A DNA stretch of 63,872 bases, counting the filler, from Globobulimina sp. (Eukaryota): the NCBI GenBank assembly GCA_003354225.1. It is 52 parts of 52 records of this genome, joined end to end, with 100 filler letters (N's around TTAATTAATTAA, not from the genome) between each part and the next. Parts side by side here need not be neighbours in the genome. Positions count along the whole stretch, not along the records: positions 59,057 to 60,185 come from PIVH01022786.1; positions 60,286 to 61,414 come from PIVH01022787.1; positions 61,515 to 62,643 come from PIVH01022788.1; positions 62,744 to 63,872 come from PIVH01022789.1; 48 more parts are not named here. One strand, written 5' to 3'. A model generated the notes under the pieces. The model was not told the DNA's origin. It did no database searches and was given only the letters and a program-made list of their open reading frames with translations. Numbering within the stretch: the stretch's first letter is position 1; each line of letters opens with the position of its first letter. A program made the position numbers and the translations under genes. Below, piece after piece: positions 59,057 through 63,872 of the stretch.

Positions 59057-60091
59057 ATTTAAAAACGAAAGGAAAACCGGATTGGCCCTGTCGACGAACT
59101 TATTAATATTTGTAATACGTAAGTCACTGTTTAACATATTCTTAAAATATAATGTAGACGATTTAAGGCGAAATAGCCGCTCCGATGAGAATCCATTAAA
59201 ATGCAACAAAATATCATGAGGACATATGCAATATAAGCACCAATGTCGATAAGATTCCCATTTTGGCTTAAATTGATACAGCATTATCAAATTATAGCAT
59301 AATAAATGTCCATAATTGGAGCAATACTCACATTGAACAATCTTGTGTTTATATTGATCGCTCCGCCAGTTTTCTTCAGGGCCGCTGTTACAGCAACATA
59401 GCCAGTGATCGTCGCCCCATTTTACTGGTTTCTTAGACCGGGTAATATGACACAAACGGTCCGCGGGTTGACGAACGAGATCTGACTGCATCGTCGATGA
59501 ACGCTTGTCATTTGTAATATGAGAAACATTGACAAAATTCGGCAAAAACTGATCCTTATTACGGGCATTGTCATTGTCGATTAATCGTATCTCCGATGAG
59601 CGAGAGGAATGAGATGAAATGGATAATGAGTGGTTTCTGGAATTCGTGCGGGAAATATCATTGGCGCTGTGATTGGAGTCTGAAAGTGCAATCTGTTGGG
59701 CGCTCAAACTAGACACGGAATGTGTCGCTAATACTATTGGTGATAAAGCGGGTGAATACTCTGTAATATGATGGATAAAATCACGATTATAATCATCTGA
59801 AAGTGTGTCAGATCGTGGTGTGTTATTTGCGGTGGAAGGTGCATTTACTGTGGAATTGGATAAATTGTTGTGATTTATGACTGCGACCAAATCCAACGTG
59901 TCATCTTTATCAATATCAGGTCGTAGTGCGTCAAGCACTGGATTCTGAATGACAGCAAACTGCGACGGAGAAATGTTGGAATTTAATATAACAGATTGTT
60001 GGATTTCTTCTTGTAAATTGATTGGATCTGCGGAATTATTCGACAGATTCGATAAAGTACGATTTGCGATGCCATGATTATACGACAACAT
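59057..60091 (-). CDS. Low-complexity protein with a PHD finger; possibly mobile-element ORF
   Basis: LCCC..IVQCEYCSNYGHLLC..WCLYC (C4HC3). Confidence 0.6.
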
Positions 60092-60285
60092 AATATGAGA
60101 ATTTGATGACTGTGGTGACCGCGCAAAGGCACCATCATCATTAAAGCAGACAACCCCCAGTTTGTGTTCATTTGAAAAGTTGTTCNNNNNNNNNNNNNNN
60201 NNNNNNNNNNNNNNNNNNNNNNNNNNNNNTTAATTAATTAANNNNNNNNNNNNNNNNNNNNNNNNNNNNNNNNNNNNNNNNNNNN

Positions 60286-61315
60286 CCATATTTGCGATTT
60301 GATCCGGTATCGAGCCCTCCATCAACAATGTTTCAATCATCATATCTTTCCCCGACTCAATCTCTTCAATATCATTATTTGCGGCACCTCGCTCGGCAAT
60401 AAACTGTCCCACTTTTAATCTGACCGCAATTTTATCAAACGGCAAAGTAATATGTTGATATTCATCCGCAAATGCCAAGGCACGTAAAAATATTGGTATT
60501 GAATCATTAAATCTATTCAAAAATTGATAAGCCGTGGCCAGCATTACCATTTCACGCAAATATGCATGCATCGGATCGGATTCTTTTTTTAGTTCCGGAC
60601 TCATTTCCGGATCCACTTCTCGTTTATGGTCAGATTGTGCCACTAATTCAAGCACACACTCTAAATATGGCAAGGCAGGTTTTGCTTTATTCGGATCAGG
60701 CGCCTTTCGACCATGTTTATCGGGTTCGGAGCCGCTAAGTTCCACGTAAATTAATTCTCCGATCACCATCTTCATGGTTAATATATCATTTTTATTCGAA
60801 TAATCGCCAAACTCTGCTTTTGCATCTTTTATTCGCGCCATTTCTAATGTTTTGTCTCTGTTTGTATTGGCATCAATGGTTTTGGTCCGATCCATAGCTT
60901 TTTTCTCATCCATGTCACTATTTGTATTTGCCTCCAATTCTTTGATTAATTTATCCAATATCATTTGTGCTATTTTTGGTTGTTTTATTTTAGCGTATAA
61001 TTGTGCCGTTTTTGCAGCAGTTTGTTTGGGTAATTTCTGACATAAATCCGTGGCGTATTTATCAATGGATTTCTCATCATCAGTTTCGGCAATTGCAATA
61101 TTGTCGATATAGTAGACATTTAGTAAGGAATTTAATACTTTTTTAGCATCGTTTAGCATGTCATGATGCAATAAATTTGAAAATAAAGTGTTTAATCCAC
61201 GAATATCTCTCGAATATGCTGCATTATCATTGGAAATATCTGATAATATTTGCTTACATTCAGCAATTTTACCCTGTTTGGATAGAGTGACAGACAAATT
61301 TAATTTGCCCAGCAT
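60286..61315 (-). CDS. TPR-like helical repeat protein, partial
   Basis: LATAYQFLNRFNDSIPIFLRAL and other TPR-like helices. Confidence 0.55.
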
Positions 61316-61573
61316 ATCATTTGGATCTAATTCTAAGGCAGAAATTGAAACCTATTCCAGTTGAGGAGGACTATAAAAAAGCAGATCCTGATAGTATCAA
61401 AGAAAAAGGAGTAGNNNNNNNNNNNNNNNNNNNNNNNNNNNNNNNNNNNNNNNNNNNNTTAATTAATTAANNNNNNNNNNNNNNNNNNNNNNNNNNNNNN
61501 NNNNNNNNNNNNNNACACAATGTCCGACGACGAATCAATGGAAAGTCATTTATGACATTCCAATCATTTAAGA

Positions 61574-62643
61574 ATGCGCGTTTCTGGCCGTTACCGCTCA
61601 AAAACGCCGCCTCCGCAATCGACCAATAAATATAAAGAATATAGATCAAAAAATCGCAAATTCCCCAAATCTATATTCAATAAAACTGAATTAAAACGAC
61701 TTCCATTCATTGTACGTATTATTGGCCATAAAGGGCGTAATTATACATTGGATAATCCATCGATTGATATTTGGTCAAAAAACTTGAAGCGCTCAAAAAC
61801 CGCTTTCAAGAAACGTTTATCTTTACATTTTAATAAATTATACAAAACAGATAATCGTAATTCAGATTTAGAACTAAAAAATGCGTATAGTTTTTTAGAT
61901 ATTAATTTCAATCAACACATTAATAATAAGAAAAGAAAATGCTTTTTCGATAGAAACTATTTCAATTTGAAGCAGAATACAACGAAGGCGGTTCGTGGTA
62001 TTTTGCGAGAGTTAAAAAACAATAAATTTACAATTATTGAATCAGATAAAAAGATGGGAAGCGTCTATATTGATGTTTGTGTCCTGGACGCCGAAGTTCT
62101 GAAATTTTTAAACGGCAAACAATTTCAAACAGTCTACGCCTCCGACATCTCGGTGGCCGTCAAAGTCGCGGATCTTATACGGAATCTTACGTACAAACAC
62201 ATCAATTATTTCCGTGATGATTGGCAAAACAATCCCATTTTTAGAGACTGGCAGAAGATCGATAATGACGTTAAGATTTTGCCTCTGCCAAAAATTAGAC
62301 CGATGATGAAGTTACACAAAGTTGGCTGGCGATTTATATTCAATCCCGGCAATTTTTATACATTATTCGTGTCTGTATATACCGGAAATCTTTTAGATGA
62401 AATGTTGATGCTTTATCAAGTAAAAAAGAATCAGTTTATAGTTCTAAACAATTCATTTGAAGTAATTAACAAATATAAAATCATCAACAACGCAAATCAT
62501 CCTTTTATAAATACCGATAGATACAGTTTTGACTCAGATGTAGTCGCATTGTATGATTCCATGATTCTGGATCAATGCATAGAGATTTTGCAGTTTATTA
62601 AAGATGATTTATGTTACAATCACTTTAAATCTCATTTCCAAAT
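61574..62643 (+). mobile_element. Second, divergent Penelope-like RT ORF (partial)
   Basis: IIESDKKMG, MMKLHK..WRFI, DSDVVALYDSM (RT motif 3-like). Confidence 0.7.
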
Positions 62644-62743
62644 NNNNNNNNNNNNNNNNNNNNNNNNNNNNNNNNNNNNNNNNNNNNTTAATTAATTAAN
62701 NNNNNNNNNNNNNNNNNNNNNNNNNNNNNNNNNNNNNNNNNNN

Positions 62744-63358
62744 GGCGATGAATTGATGGCAAATTTAGTGGTGTTTGACGATAGTAAAAAGGGCGAAGCA
62801 TTTGCTTATTTTAAGGAGCATATATTGCCGGATTCCTCCATCATATCTATGGATGGAAAGGGCGAGTATTTTTCACATAAATCATCCAAATCTGCGCCTT
62901 GTAAGATGAAGCAATGGGCATTGAGCAATATATTAGGAATAATATCGGGATTCATTGTGATGGTGCTTGTGTTTAGTATGTGGTGTAAATATAAACGCGG
63001 GAAATGGGAGAAAAAGGAAATTGATGCCATGGTGGGTAAAATTTATAATCTTTTGGAGGAATTTGAGAGGTTTAATAAGCAGAGATATGTCCCAATTGAT
63101 GTGATTAAACAGAGAATAAAACCAAAGTCAAACAAATTATGGAAGTGTGTGGATGCATTGGTTCAGAAAGATATAAATATTCAGAAATCGATAAGAATGA
63201 TTGATGGAATGCAAAAACGATGTTTAGCATTGTCATCCATACAAAGTGGGGCCAATAACCATAATAATAATCCCTATGATAATAATACACAGCAACAATG
63301 GAATCAATATGATGACCAAAGGAGATTCCCAGCACACAGTAAACGTCCTATGTTTTAA
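62744..63358 (+). CDS. MAN1/Src1/Heh-like inner nuclear membrane protein C-terminus
   Basis: TM segment then YVPIDVIK..LWKCVDALVQKDINI..IDG (MSC winged-helix-like). Confidence 0.65.
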   Translation, partial: GDELMANLVVFDDSKKGEAFAYFKEHILPDSSIISMDGKGEYFSHKSSKSAPCKMKQWALSNILGIISGFIVMVLVFSMWCKYKRGKWEKKEIDAMVGKIYNLLEEFERFNKQRYVPIDVIKQRIKPKSNKLWKCVDALVQKDINIQKSIRMIDGMQKRCLALSSIQSGANNHNNNPYDNNTQQQWNQYDDQRRFPAHSKRPMF

Positions 63359-63872
63359 TAAGGTTATACAAATACATTGACATTGTGACAGTATACATTG
63401 ACATTATATTTTTTTTTCTTTTTTGAGTTTTGGGGTTTTAGATATTTGCTTTTTTTTTTTGAGGGTACAGTATGCAGCGCAAGTTGTGTATTGTAGTTAT
63501 TTATTATTATATTCATCAAAAATTTCTTGATTTTAGTTTAACGACACATTTGACCTATTTCTTGGGCAGTGAGGCTTTTCTTCAATTATGAAATTATGAC
63601 GCTAATTATCTTATCAGACTCAGCTACATTTACTGGACTTAGATGGTTTTTGAGTTGTACATGTAATATGGTACCCCCTTTTTTTTATTTTTCCCTGTAG
63701 ATTCTGTAGCTTCGCTACTCAGACTTAGATGGTATATATTGTGGAAACTTCAGTGGCGTCTTAGATAGTGAATGTTCCGGAACATTTGGCACACTATATT
63801 TAGTGATTATAACTTTGTGATTATGATATGGAAACTTTAGTGGTACTTAGGACTTTAGGGTGTATATTGTTA

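Noticed and set aside
1132-62743. Regularly spaced TTAATTAATTAA repeats as a CRISPR-like or periodic array
   Set aside because: Artificial linkers inside N-runs; ORFs ending in X..LIN are spacer artefacts

Overview
This window is not one locus. It is 52 unrelated, size-sorted contigs (20 of 1131 bp, 24 of 1130 bp, 8 of 1129 bp) joined by 51 artificial 100-bp N/TTAATTAATTAA spacers, so adjacency across spacers means nothing. Most contigs look like an AT-rich protist with short introns; the gene families suggest a foraminiferan or other rhizarian (inference). These carry TFIIH p62, OST48, RPL27A, cofilin, ABCA, PPR and radial spoke head genes. Mixed in are animal or nematode DNA (serpentine receptor, Polinton polB, LINE, LTR elements) and two bacterial, Bacteroidota-like contigs. 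Most notable observations: (1) a spliced gene fusing a globin domain to an RGS domain, a candidate gas-sensing G-protein regulator; (2) an attC-like/Flavo-1-like hairpin that exactly separates two bacterial genes like a gene cassette; (3) two families of dispersed tRNA-like elements, one a 64-nt minimal cloverleaf; (4) a recurring F-box/SOCS-like motif fused to SPRY, a switch-II-degenerate Rab and a CxxS nucleoredoxin; (5) several features the ORF track misses, including a zinc-knuckle ORF, a BTBD3/6 PHR exon, an LTR-PBS junction, MITE-like elements and in-frame TGA codons. All family calls are by eye from motifs; no database search was run.
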